From an uncultured delta proteobacterium (GTDB lineage: Bacteria; Desulfobacterota; Binatia; UBA9968), in contig CAWJZV010000041.1 in NCBI GenBank assembly GCA_963847445.1, positions 64,001-128,000 of the forward strand: DNA of 64,000 bases. The letters run 5' to 3'. Below the pieces are notes generated by a model. It was given only the letters and a program-made list of their open reading frames with translations, was not told the origin of the DNA and searched no databases. Positions 38,894-48,963 of this stretch are shown here, piece by piece (positions within the stretch are counted from its first letter, which is position 1; the number at the start of each line of letters is the position of its first letter). The position numbers and the translations under genes are program-made.

Positions 38894-39856
38894 ATGTTCA
38901 CCGTTTCGATTAGAATTTTCGCCGCCGTGTTGGCGTCTTGGCTCTGTGCTGGCGGGAGCGCTCAGGCCAAGCCGATCACGCTGGCGTACAATACCAATTC
39001 TCTCAACGTGATGTTGCCGCTTCTGGTTGCTCAGGAGTTAGGATTTTTTACCGCTGAAGGTTTCGAAGTCACCCCGGTTTACGTGCGCAGCGGACCGACG
39101 GCGATGGCGGCGATGGTGAGCGGGTCGGCGGATTATTCCATCGTCGGCTCGACCACGGTGGTGCAAGCGATCGCCAAAGGCATTCCAGCCGTAGTGATCG
39201 GTAATTATGTCCGCCACGTTAACTGGATGCTGATGGGCGGCACCGGTGTGACTCATCTCAATGCGATCAAGGGCCAGGTGGTCGGCGTAACTTCGGCCGG
39301 GGGCATGACGGAGTTCTTGACGGTTGAGGCGCTGGCACGCCGCGGCCTCAAGCGCGATCGCGACTATCGGATTCACTACGCGGGCAACAGTCCGGCGCGG
39401 GTGTTGGCGTTAGAGACGAAGATTATCCAAGCCGCGGCTTTTTCGCCGGGAGAACGGGTGGCGCTCGAACCGAAGGGTTACACATTGCTCATGGATATGG
39501 TCCAGGTCATACCGGAATTTCCCTTGAGCATTCTCGCCAGCAGCCGGCGCAAGTTGGACAGCAGTCCGGTTGAAGTGGAAGCGTTCCTGCGCGGGTTGCA
39601 TCGGGCGATGGAAGTGATTCGCACCGACAAGGATCGCGCCGCCGCTGCGGCCTTCAAAAAGACCGCGCGCGGCGATCTCGCCAGGGAGCGCAAAGCGTTG
39701 GACTATCTGGTCAACGATTATTCCATCGTCATCAGCAAAGAAAATATCCAGGCGCTGATCTATGCCGCCGGCGTCGAGGCCGAAGCGCGCAAACTTGGCG
39801 GCGCCGAAAAGTTTTTCGCGGCGGAGCCCCAAGCCAAAGCGGTTGGGCGGCGCTGA
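38894..39856 (+). CDS. NitT/TauT-type substrate-binding protein
   Basis: Signal peptide, VAQELGFFTAEGFEV, AFLRG. Confidence 0.82.
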   Translation: MFTVSIRIFAAVLASWLCAGGSAQAKPITLAYNTNSLNVMLPLLVAQELGFFTAEGFEVTPVYVRSGPTAMAAMVSGSADYSIVGSTTVVQAIAKGIPAVVIGNYVRHVNWMLMGGTGVTHLNAIKGQVVGVTSAGGMTEFLTVEALARRGLKRDRDYRIHYAGNSPARVLALETKIIQAAAFSPGERVALEPKGYTLLMDMVQVIPEFPLSILASSRRKLDSSPVEVEAFLRGLHRAMEVIRTDKDRAAAAAFKKTARGDLARERKALDYLVNDYSIVISKENIQALIYAAGVEAEARKLGGAEKFFAAEPQAKAVGRR

Positions 39857-39991
39857 TCGGTGCGATGCCTTTGGGAGAAGTCTCACCACGTAGATCCCAG
39901 CGCGGCAAGACCGCAACCAAGAATCCGAAGATCTCGCGCTAAGCACCCACAGGACGCACAGGTGCGGGCCAATGCCCGTCATCCCGAGCGA

Positions 39992-40125
39992 CAGACTGGG
40001 TGAAAACCCCGTTCATGGTTCGACTGGGACTCACCACGAACGGTTGTCAGACATTACAAATCGAGTATTTAGCCGTTCGCCCGGAGAGCTGTCGAAGGAC
40101 TCCTAAAGAGTTTTCACACAGTCTG
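39992..40125. mobile_element. 134-bp MITE with 16-bp TIRs and 4-bp target duplication, inserted in a REP
   Basis: CAGACTGGGTGAAAAC / GTTTTCACACAGTCTG (15/16), GCGA on both sides; the rejoined flanks match the 42403-42480 REP. Confidence 0.8.
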
Positions 40126-40426
40126 GCGAATGCGAGGAATCGAAGAGAGATTTCTCCCTGCTTTGCGTCATTGCGCCCCTTCGATGAACGCAGGGCAGAC
40201 GTGGCGGGATAAATTGCCGAATCCGGCTGGCTGCAATTTGCCGATCATTTGCGCACACAGCACAAATCGAATGTGAAGGAGAGATCGCAGCGCCTGCGTG
40301 CCGATTCGACGGCCGCACTCTAACTACTTTATTTTTTGCTATTAGTAGCCAACCCGGCGACTCGGTGAAAAAGCGTTGGACTGTCGTGAAGATTTACGAT
40401 ATGGGACAGCGGAACTGATAATCACC

Positions 40427-41455
40427 ATGGAATATTTTCGCAACTCGTTTATCGTCACGTTCGTTGGCCTCGGTCTCGGTGCCTATCTCGGCTGGCAGGC
40501 CGAGCATACTGTAGTCGGCGCATTATCGACGTTGTTCATTGTCAGCGTGCTGGCGATTCTAGAAATCTCGCTGTCCTTCGACAACGCGGTGGTCAATGCC
40601 ACGGTGCTCAAGGAAATGAGCCCGCTGTGGCGCCATCGCTTCCTTACCTGGGGTATCGCCATCGCAGTTTTCGGCATGCGGATCGTTTTCCCGCTGGTTA
40701 TCGTCGCGATCATCGCGCGCATCGACCCCTGGTCGGCGCTGGTGATGGCGGCCACCGACGCGGATGAATATTCCCGGGTGTTGACCAGCGCGCATGTCTC
40801 GGTGGCGGCCTTTGGCGGAGCGTTTCTCGCCATGGTCGGGCTCAAGCATTTTTTCAACCAGGAGAAAGATATCCACTGGATCGCCTGTATCGAACGTCCG
40901 CTGACCCGTCTTGGCCGTATCGAGGCGGTGGGACTGGGATTGGTCTTGCTGCTTCTCTATGCGGTATCCCGCTGGCTGATCGGCGGCGAGCAGATCGAGT
41001 TTCTGATTGCCGGGATCTTCGGTCTGGTGACCTATATCGCCGTCGATGGCGTTTCAGCCGTCCTCGACATGACGTCGGGCGCCACCGGCCAAGTGGCGCG
41101 GTCGGGTGCTGCGTCGTTTCTCTATCTCGAAGTGCTCGATGCCAGTTTTAGTTTTGACGGCGTGATCGGCGCCTTTGCGCTTTCCAATAACCTGTTCATC
41201 ATCGCCATCGGTCTCGGTATCGGCGCCATGTTCGTTCGAAGTCTGACCATCATGCTGGTGGAAAAGGAAACCCTCGCCTCGTACCGCTATCTCGAGCATG
41301 GCGCGTTCTACGCGATCATCGCGCTGGGCGTGATAATGTTCCTCAATGCCGTCACCCATATCCCAGAAGTGGTCACCGGCCTGATCGGCTGTGGCTTTAT
41401 CGTCTGGGCGTTTTGCGACTCGATCCGCTTTAACCGCCGCCAGCGCGGTGCGTGA
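40427..41455 (+). CDS. DUF475 (TerC-like) membrane protein
   Basis: LEISLSFDNAVVNA, FLTWGI..VFGMR, YLEVLDASFSFDGVIGAFA, YLEHGA. Confidence 0.9.
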   Translation: MEYFRNSFIVTFVGLGLGAYLGWQAEHTVVGALSTLFIVSVLAILEISLSFDNAVVNATVLKEMSPLWRHRFLTWGIAIAVFGMRIVFPLVIVAIIARIDPWSALVMAATDADEYSRVLTSAHVSVAAFGGAFLAMVGLKHFFNQEKDIHWIACIERPLTRLGRIEAVGLGLVLLLLYAVSRWLIGGEQIEFLIAGIFGLVTYIAVDGVSAVLDMTSGATGQVARSGAASFLYLEVLDASFSFDGVIGAFALSNNLFIIAIGLGIGAMFVRSLTIMLVEKETLASYRYLEHGAFYAIIALGVIMFLNAVTHIPEVVTGLIGCGFIVWAFCDSIRFNRRQRGA

Positions 41456-41579
41456 TTTAATCTAGTCATTACATACTTGCCGGGCGCTGAATTGGCGCGG
41501 CACCTTGCATTCCCAACATTTGCCATTATAAGACGGGAATCGATTACAACCGATGCTATTTGATCACGAGGGTGTCGCA

Positions 41580-42374
41580 ATGATCGATCTTTCGCGTTTT
41601 TCATTGACCGGCCGGACGGCGGTTATTACCGGCGGCAGCGGCGGCATTGGCCGGGCCTGCGCGCGTGGCCTTCGCCAAAGCGGGAGCGAACATCGTCATC
41701 GCTTCGTTGCCGCCGGAGTCGATTCCGCCGGTGATCCAGGAAGTCGAAGCGCTCGGGGTAAAGGGGCTTGGTTTGGCGGTAGATGTGTCCGATGAGCCGC
41801 AGGTGAAATCGCTGGTCGAGCAAACTTTAGCGCAGTTTGGCCGCATCGATGTTCTGGTCAATGTCGCCGGCGGTTCTTACAGCCGCAATCCCGCATATGC
41901 CGGCGTTCAAGCGCGCGCCATTGTCTCGAATTGGCACCGGAAGATTTTATGACCGCCTACGCGGTCAATACTAAGACCGCCTTTCTATGCGCCAAGGCGG
42001 TGGCGCCGGCGATGAAGGCGCGCGGCAAGGGCAGCATTGTCAATATCGGTTCGATTTCCGGCCGCGGCACCAAGAAAGAACGAGCCGACATGGCGGCCTA
42101 CGGCACGGCCAAGGCGGCGGTGATGAATTTGTCGATTCACATGGCGCAGCATTGGGGGCCGGAGATCCGCGTCAACGCGATTGCTCCGGGCATCATCGAC
42201 ACGCCAAGACCGGCAGGGAGCACGCGCCAGGACGATTGGGCGGAGGCGCTCAAGAAAATCGCCCTCGGCCGCGCCGGCAGCGCCGACGAAGTCGCCAGCG
42301 TGGCACTGTTTTTAGCCTCGGACGCGGCGAGCTTCGTCAGCGGCGCGATTATCGATGTCAATGGCGGGGAGTGA
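41580..42374 (+). CDS. SDR oxidoreductase, frameshifted
   Basis: ITGGSGGIG, LVNVAG, YGTAK, IRVNAIAPG. Confidence 0.88.
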
Positions 42375-42402
42375 TCGGACTAAGCAGCTTTTCATTTGGA
42401 CG

Positions 42403-42480
42403 TCTGTCATTTCGACCGAAGGGAGAAATCTCGTCTCAGATTATGCGGCAAGATTTCTCACATTCGTTCGAAATGACAGA
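42403..42480. repeat. GTCAT-type REP palindrome between convergent genes
   Basis: TCTGTCATTTCGACCGAAGGGAGAAATCT ... AGATTTCTCACATTCGTTCGAAATGACAGA. Confidence 0.82.
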
Positions 42481-42521
42481 GTGAAGATATAGATTCCGTG
42501 AATCTTAAGTTGCCAGCGGAA

Positions 42522-43628
42522 CTAATCCAGCCAATCCTTGTCCTTCAATTTTCTCGGCAAGTAGGTTTTCGTCAAGTACTGAAAATCTTTGTTGGCGAGC
42601 GCGTCGAGCTCGAATTTGAGGCCGCTCGTCAGCATGCCTTTGATTTCGTTCTGCCATTCTTTTTTCTGAAACCACTTGTACTTCATCAGTTCTTTGGCGC
42701 GGTTGATGTCTTTGTCGTTCAACTTGATGCCGACGTTGCGCGGCAGGCCGTAGCGCTCGGGGTCGGCGCTGGAGAAGCCGATGAACTTCGCCTTGGGGAT
42801 CGCCATGCGTTCGCTTTCGAAGGCGAGATTGATCGAGCCCTGCTTGATGACCGAGTAGATGTAGTAGCCCCAGGGATCGTTGTCGACGAGAACGTAGACC
42901 GGCAGCTTGTAGTCTTCGTGCAGCCGGCGCGCCAGCCGGCGCACGCCGCGCGGCGGCTGGCCGTTGCCGGTGAGCAGGATGCAATTGTACCGGCGCCAAA
43001 ATTTATCTTCCGACAGCCGGTTCCATTGGGTGCCTTTTTCGACCAGCAGGACGAAGTCCGCGGTGCACTTGCTGATCTGAATATACTCCGGCTCGACGAT
43101 GGACGGCACCGAGTAGCCGCCTTTGCCGAGCTTGGTGCAATCGACCCGGTCGCCGTCGTCGACGATGGTCAACGGCCCGACGACGGTGCCGGAGTTTTCG
43201 GCGCGGACATGCAGTTCTTCGCGCAGCGCTTCGAGGGTGACTTCGAGATCCTCGATCAGCGGGTCGGATTCGTTCTGGCCGTCGAAGGTGTTTTCGTGGG
43301 AGTTCTTGATCGTGTGCTTGGTGCGGTAATAAATTTCCCGCAGCGAAGTGGTCAGGTTGGCGCGCTGCAGCTCGGCCAGAGCGTCGGCGACGAGCACCGT
43401 CTGCATGAATTTTTTGGCCATGCCGACGTTGAAAAAGGTGCGCGCCTGCTTGCGCCGGCCCATCTCGATGATGCCGCGCTTGGCGTTGAAGTTGACGTTG
43501 GCCAGGCTGCGCACCGGAATCGCCAGCGACGGGTCCTGGCTGCGCTGCGCCGCGGTGATCACGACATCGGCGACGCCGATGAGTTTTTTTTCGACTACGC
43601 CGTTATTTTTTGGTTTTTTTGCCGCCAT
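42522..43628 (-). CDS. top6A: DNA topoisomerase VI subunit A
   Basis: SLREIYY catalytic Tyr, ENTF..Q.ESD..IEDLE, LLVEK, G.GQP, DNDPWG Toprim. Confidence 0.95.
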   Translation of the reverse strand: MAAKKPKNNGVVEKKLIGVADVVITAAQRSQDPSLAIPVRSLANVNFNAKRGIIEMGRRKQARTFFNVGMAKKFMQTVLVADALAELQRANLTTSLREIYYRTKHTIKNSHENTFDGQNESDPLIEDLEVTLEALREELHVRAENSGTVVGPLTIVDDGDRVDCTKLGKGGYSVPSIVEPEYIQISKCTADFVLLVEKGTQWNRLSEDKFWRRYNCILLTGNGQPPRGVRRLARRLHEDYKLPVYVLVDNDPWGYYIYSVIKQGSINLAFESERMAIPKAKFIGFSSADPERYGLPRNVGIKLNDKDINRAKELMKYKWFQKKEWQNEIKGMLTSGLKFELDALANKDFQYLTKTYLPRKLKDKDWLD

Positions 43629-45649
43629 TTTTCTTTCCTGTCTTTTTGCCGGGTTTTTCCAGAGCTAGAGTCATTTGCTTGGTGTCTGGGGATTTCGCGC
43701 CGCGCTGTTGCCGCGGTTTGGTGGCGCGCGGCTTGGTCGTTGTTGGCCGCTGGCGATTTGCCCTTCGCCATTGAGGGCAGCGCCGGTTCTGCATCTGCGG
43801 CAGCGCTGTCCTCCGTCGACTCAGCCTCCGTCGGCGCCGCGCTTGGCAGTTCGGGTGCGTCGCCCTCGGTGCCTTCGTCGGTGACGATAATCGAATGCGG
43901 CAAGCCTTCCGGCCCGCCGCCATCGTGGCCGAGGATCTCGTCGGTCTTTTGTCCGCCGGTGCGCTTGGTGGCGATCTTCTGCAACTGTTCTTTGAGCTTT
44001 TCCTTGGCGAGCTTGCCGCCTTTCAGCCGGGCGCAGGCTTCGACGACTTCCTCGATGTAGAGCTCGAAGATGTTGCGCCGGCGGAATTCATCCTTGGCCC
44101 GTTCCCGGCGGCGCAAGAAAACTCCCAGCCGCCGGCCGCACTCTTGCAAGGCGAGTTTGATTTCTTTTCTGATCTCGTCGTAGTCGGCGATGGCTTCTTT
44201 GGACTCGCTGGTGAACGGCACCCAGACCGACGCCATGTGCACGAAGATCACCATCGGTCCGGCCGGCAGCGCGCCGCGCGACTGCGCCACGCCGTAGTTA
44301 CGCCAAGTGGTGTCGAGGACCGATTTGAAAGTCGCGCAGGCGGACTGCTGGTAGAGCAGCGGCACGCGGTTGGCGTAGCGGATCACCGAGGCTAGCTCGT
44401 TGTCGTCGTCTCGGTCTTCGCCTTCGGCGAGCGGGATGTTTTGCTCTTTCACTTTTGCCGCTTGTTCGGGATTCTTGCCAAAGGCCAAGCCGGCTTCGAT
44501 CACAAATGGATTGCCGCGATAGACCGCCGGCGGCCGGGTCACGGCGGTGTAAAATTCGCCTTTGATCTGTTTGTACAGTCCGTGGAGTATCGCCCGCTCG
44601 CCGATGGGCGAGATGCAGTTGCTCGGCGGCGCCATGATCTTGGTCGACTGGATCGCCTTGTAAAACGTTTCGGCGGCGGCGCCGTGCAGGTCGCGCGGCT
44701 TGGCGTTTGGCGAAAGCTTGGCGGTCTTGCAAATGTCCTGCGCCAGACTCGACGACACCCGGCTAAACTCGCTGGCGAGAAATCCCACCAGGGAGTGGCT
44801 CTTGGTGTCATGGAGCATCTTCAGCATCATGCCGAATTCTATGCCATAGGGATGCGGCTTGATCTCGCGCGGCTGCGGCGGCAGCTCGTCAATGGTCCGC
44901 GGGTATTGTTTAATCTCGCCTTCCGGCGTGTGGTAGACGAGCTTGACATGGGGATTGGCGATGGCCGTTTGTTCCAGGTATTCGTCCACCGAGGCGCGGC
45001 CCTTTTGATAGCGCCCTTCGATTTCCAGACTGACCTGGGTGCCGCGGTGGTTTTCCCAGTCGATCTTTTTGTTCTCGAAAATTCGCGGCTCGTTTTTCTT
45101 GGTATCGATCTGCACTTCGAAATAGTGCGCCGGCGCCTTGGCGCTGGTGCGCGAAATGATCTGCACCGGCTTGCCGGTGGTGAGCTGGGCGTACATGCCG
45201 GCGGCGGAGATGCCGATGCCTTGCTGGCCGCGGCTCATGCGCAGGCGATGAAACTTCGAGCCGTAGAGCAGCTTGGCGAAGATCGGCGGGATCTGCTGGC
45301 GCACGATGCCGGGACCATAGTCGATCACGGTGACGCGAAAGCGCGTCGCCTGGCTCGGCGCCGGCGTGACGCCATTGTTGGACACGACTTCGAGCTTGAC
45401 GATGACTTCTGGCAAAATGCCCGCCTCTTCGCAGGCATCCAGCGCGTTGTCGACCGCTTCCTTGATACAGGTGAGCAGCGACTTGCGCGGACTGTCGAAA
45501 CCCAACAGGTGGCGATTCTTGGTAAAAAACTCCGATACGGAAATTTCTCTCTGGCGCGCGCCCATCTCGGCGGCGGTGACGGCTTTTCTCGGTTCGGCCG
45601 GCGCCGCCGGTGTGGCTGCCGCTTCGGCCTTTGGCATGGGTTTAGACAT
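43603..45649 (-). CDS. top6B: DNA topoisomerase VI subunit B
   Basis: EISVSEFF.KN, KEAVDNALDACEEAG, DYGPGI, YGSKF, SRGQQGIGISA, RYANRVPLLY, VPFTSESKEAI; tail frame uncertain (stop 43603 or 43595). Confidence 0.95.
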
Positions 45650-45940
45650 CGTTAGTTCGTTTCTCCATGGATGAGTTCGGCGCTGGAGCTCAGTGATTAA
45701 TCGGCAGCGTTGGGCGCCGCCCTAAACTCGTGTGACGCGATAATTGAATGCAAAAGTGGATCAAACGCTCACGCTACGGAAGGTTGATGTTCGCCAACGA
45801 TTATAGCAGAGCGGCAAAACTTGTGAATGGCTCGACGGAATATTTTTCCACAAATCAGGGCGAGATCCCGGTTAGGATTGATATCAGCTCCTGGATGCCG
45901 ACATCCGTGCTCAGGACATGTTTCAGGAAAAGAGCCGATC

Positions 45941-46052
45941 CGTCATTCCGGCGCAGGCCGGAATCCAGACCCATCATCCACCTGGATACCGTTTTTCAAC
46001 GGTATGACGGACTCTGTCCGTCACCTGGATTCCCGTTTTCACGGGAATGACG
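45941..46052. repeat. GTCATTCC-type REP cluster
   Basis: CGTCATTCCGGCGCAGGCCGGAATCCAG opposite two copies of CTGGAT.CC.....C.CGG.ATGACG. Confidence 0.78.
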
Positions 46053-46116
46053 AATAAGAGTCAATGGACTTCGAGTCGACGCAATCGGAATCCTTCGGCT
46101 TCGAGCCAAGGGATGT

Positions 46117-46927
46117 TCAGTTAAAGAACGCGAAAGCGCGCACTTCGATGCTTTGCCGCGCCGGCGCGCCGGCCGGGGTGTTGGGGTCGTCGAAGGATGT
46201 GTGCGGCGTGAAGCGGGCGCGGCCGTCGGTGTTGGAATCGTAGACTTTAAACACGAGCGCCTCGTCGCGGCGCATTTCGGGAAAGTAATACCAGCGATGA
46301 TTGGCGTGGTATTTCAATCGATAAGTCTGCCCGACGCGGTGCGGGTAGCGGCGCTCGGCGACGACCAGATCTGCCATCGCGACGCTCTTGGCGTCGGCCA
46401 GCGCGAGGGGATTGGACTGGATCGGTTGATTGATCGCGCGCCAAACCTGGATGATTGCGAAGCGGCGGGTCAGTAAGTCCTCGGCTTCGTCCGGCAGGAA
46501 CTCACGCACGCGGTTGGGTCCCGACCATTCCGTGTAGTCGTTATGCGCCGACATGACCGGTTCGCGGATCAATTTCGCCTCGCGCTCGGCTTCGTCGCCG
46601 GAACGCAGCGTGTGATCGAAGATCGCCACCCGAGACGCGCCCGATTGCTGTTTGATCAACTGCTCGACTTCCGGGTAGTAGACCGACTCCAATTGCGCGC
46701 GTGTCGAAGAAGTCGCCGACTTTGGTTTTGTGCTCGACCAGGACGAAGCCGTTTTGCTCGAGTGAAATCTCGCCGGCAAGCAAACGGCCATTGCGCACCG
46801 CCATCGGCATCAAGTCGTGGGTGCCGGTCTTGCGCCGCCGGATGTTATTCGGACCGAAGGTTTCGTTGACGAGTTTTTCACCCGTGTCCACGGTATAGGG
46901 GATGCCGGCGGTCAGTTCTTGGATCAT
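46117..46927 (-). CDS. CmcJ/NvfI/AsaB family oxidoreductase, frameshifted
   Basis: GFVLVEH, YYPEVE, FDHTLR, HNDYT, PLALAD, WYYFP.M, PHTSF, RQSIEVR. Confidence 0.85.
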
Positions 46928-46968
46928 GACTGAAGCTCCTTGCCGATTTAACTCACCATAGCACAAAC

Positions 46969-47970
46969 TTATTGTTTTAGCCGCCCTTCGTTTTTCAATT
47001 CCTGCTGCGCCTGTTTGAGAATCCGATCGTTGACGACCCGGTCGAGGGTGAATTTTTTGTCGACCAAGCCGGTGCGGTGGTCGTCGTCGAGCATGGTTTG
47101 AATGCCGTCCCAGGCCACCGACATATCGGCGGCGTAACCGGGGCTAAACAGATCGTAAGAACGCTGGACGATTTCCGGGTCGCCCTGCAAGCCGGCTGCG
47201 AAGCCGATCTTGATCGCTTCCTGTTTGTTGAACTTGGCGAATTGCATGCCGAGAATCAGCGCCTTTAAGAACCGCTTGGTCGTATCCGGGCTTTTCTCCA
47301 GCATCTCGCCGCGGCTGACGTAGACGCTCTGGGGCACGCGCAGGGCCTCATTGAAATTGGCGATCATGGCGAAGCCCTTGTCGAGCAGTTTGACGGTGTC
47401 TTCGGCGGAAAACGGCGCGGCGGCGATCAGTCCTTTTTCCAACGCGCTGGCGCGCACCACGGTTTGACCGATCGAGCGCAAGGTGACGTCTTTATCGGGT
47501 TCGAGATTGTTGCGTTTGAGATAGAGCCTAACGGTGAAATCGGAAAAGGACCCAGCGCCAGTGATGCCGACAATCTTGCCGCGCAGGTCTTCGATCCGTT
47601 TGATGTCTTTGTTGCCGATCAGCGTGTAGTTGGTGTAGTTCGACGTCGACGCGATGATGTTCATGTCAAGGCCGCGTGCTTTACTGCGGATCGCCGCCTG
47701 GGCGCCGCCGATGGTGGCGAAGTCGATGTTTCCCGACACCAGTGCCATGACTGCGGTTGGGCCGCCACTGACGAAGATTTGCTCTACGGTGAGACCCTGA
47801 TCGCGGAAGTAGCCGCGGTGATTGGCGACGCGGAAAGGCAGCTGCGCATTCCACGCCAAGCTGACGAAGACGACACGGAGGTTTTTCTTTTCCTGGCCCG
47901 ACGCGAGCTGGGCGGATAGGAGCGACAGGACCAATAGAACGGGTAGCATTCTGCAACAGCGAGAGTACAT
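46969..47970 (-). CDS. NitT/TauT-type substrate-binding protein
   Basis: Signal peptide, GYFRDQGLTVE, DLRGKIVG, RFLKA. Confidence 0.85.
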   Translation of the reverse strand: MYSRCCRMLPVLLVLSLLSAQLASGQEKKNLRVVFVSLAWNAQLPFRVANHRGYFRDQGLTVEQIFVSGGPTAVMALVSGNIDFATIGGAQAAIRSKARGLDMNIIASTSNYTNYTLIGNKDIKRIEDLRGKIVGITGAGSFSDFTVRLYLKRNNLEPDKDVTLRSIGQTVVRASALEKGLIAAAPFSAEDTVKLLDKGFAMIANFNEALRVPQSVYVSRGEMLEKSPDTTKRFLKALILGMQFAKFNKQEAIKIGFAAGLQGDPEIVQRSYDLFSPGYAADMSVAWDGIQTMLDDDHRTGLVDKKFTLDRVVNDRILKQAQQELKNEGRLKQ

Positions 47971-47984
47971 CGTTGCGCCCTGTG

Positions 47985-48953
47985 CTAGCGTTTGCGTTCC
48001 AACTCTTCTTTGACTTCCGCGGCGAGCTTCAGCGACAAAAACTTTTCCGGCGCGACATCTTCTTTGATTTTGAGCGGCGCTTTGACGTCGAACTCGATGA
48101 CGTTCTTGATCCCTTGCGCCGACGGCACGCCGGGAATGCCGTCGGGCAAGGCGCGCACGAAGCGGCGGATGCCTTCGATGACGATGGGCCGGCTCGGGCT
48201 GCCCATGGGGATTTTCTTTATAGCGATGTCGGCGGCCTCTTCCGGCCGCTCGCGGATGAACATGAGGGCGCGCATCATGGCGCGCAGCCAGCGTTTGATA
48301 TCGCCGGGCCGCTTGGCGATTTTCTCATCGCTGGCCATGAAGCCTTGAAACGGGTAGGGAAACAGGTCGCCTAAAAATGTCAGCGTGCGCAAGCCTTCTT
48401 TTTCAGCGATGAACGCTTCGTCGCCGTTGACCGTGGCGGCCTGGATCGCGCCCGATTTCAGTCCCAAAATGGTCGTGGTGGTCGAGCGCGACGGCATGGC
48501 GACGCGGATCAGATCGCGCGGCCCAACGCCGTTGCGTTCGGCGTAGGCTGTAATCAAAGCGTCCTGGGTGTCGCCGACGGTGCCGACCGCGACGCGCTTA
48601 CCTTTGAGATCGGCACCCTTGGCGATCTCCGGCGCGGCGATCAAGTACCAGGTCACTTTCTCGGTCTGGAACATCACCGCTTTGATCGGCGCGCCGCGCA
48701 GCGCCGCGCGCATGCCGGTGCCGCCGGCGCCGCTATAGTCGACCTCGCCGCTGACCAAGGCGGCGATGGCGCTGCTGCCGGGAATGACGATGGTTTCGTT
48801 TTCCAAATTCTCATCGCGAAAGTAGCCTTTGACCTCGGCCACCGGCACGCTCAGATAGTTCAACGTGGCGCGCGGAATGACCGTACGCACACGCTCGGCA
48901 TTAATATTAGTCGGTGCGAGAAGCGCAAAGGCCAAGACGATGGCTAGTTTCAT
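47985..48953 (-). CDS. NitT/TauT-type substrate-binding protein (paralog of 30553)
   Basis: LNYLSV, SGAGG, QTEK.TWYL, PFQG, GIPGVPSA shared with 30553-31542. Confidence 0.85.
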   Translation of the reverse strand: MKLAIVLAFALLAPTNINAERVRTVIPRATLNYLSVPVAEVKGYFRDENLENETIVIPGSSAIAALVSGEVDYSGAGGTGMRAALRGAPIKAVMFQTEKVTWYLIAAPEIAKGADLKGKRVAVGTVGDTQDALITAYAERNGVGPRDLIRVAMPSRSTTTTILGLKSGAIQAATVNGDEAFIAEKEGLRTLTFLGDLFPYPFQGFMASDEKIAKRPGDIKRWLRAMMRALMFIRERPEEAADIAIKKIPMGSPSRPIVIEGIRRFVRALPDGIPGVPSAQGIKNVIEFDVKAPLKIKEDVAPEKFLSLKLAAEVKEELERKR

Positions 48954-48963
48954 GGTATTGCCC

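Noticed and set aside
40200-40426. yybP-ykoY riboswitch upstream of the TerC-like gene
   Set aside because: I could not see the conserved motifs by eye; an Rfam scan would be decisive.
21095-45655. Long antisense ORFs (e.g. 21095-22324, 42498-44060, 44441-45655)
   Set aside because: Shadows of high-GC genes on the opposite strand; no motifs.
45844-45852. DnaA box TTTTCCACA upstream of top6B
   Set aside because: A single degenerate 9-mer is expected by chance.
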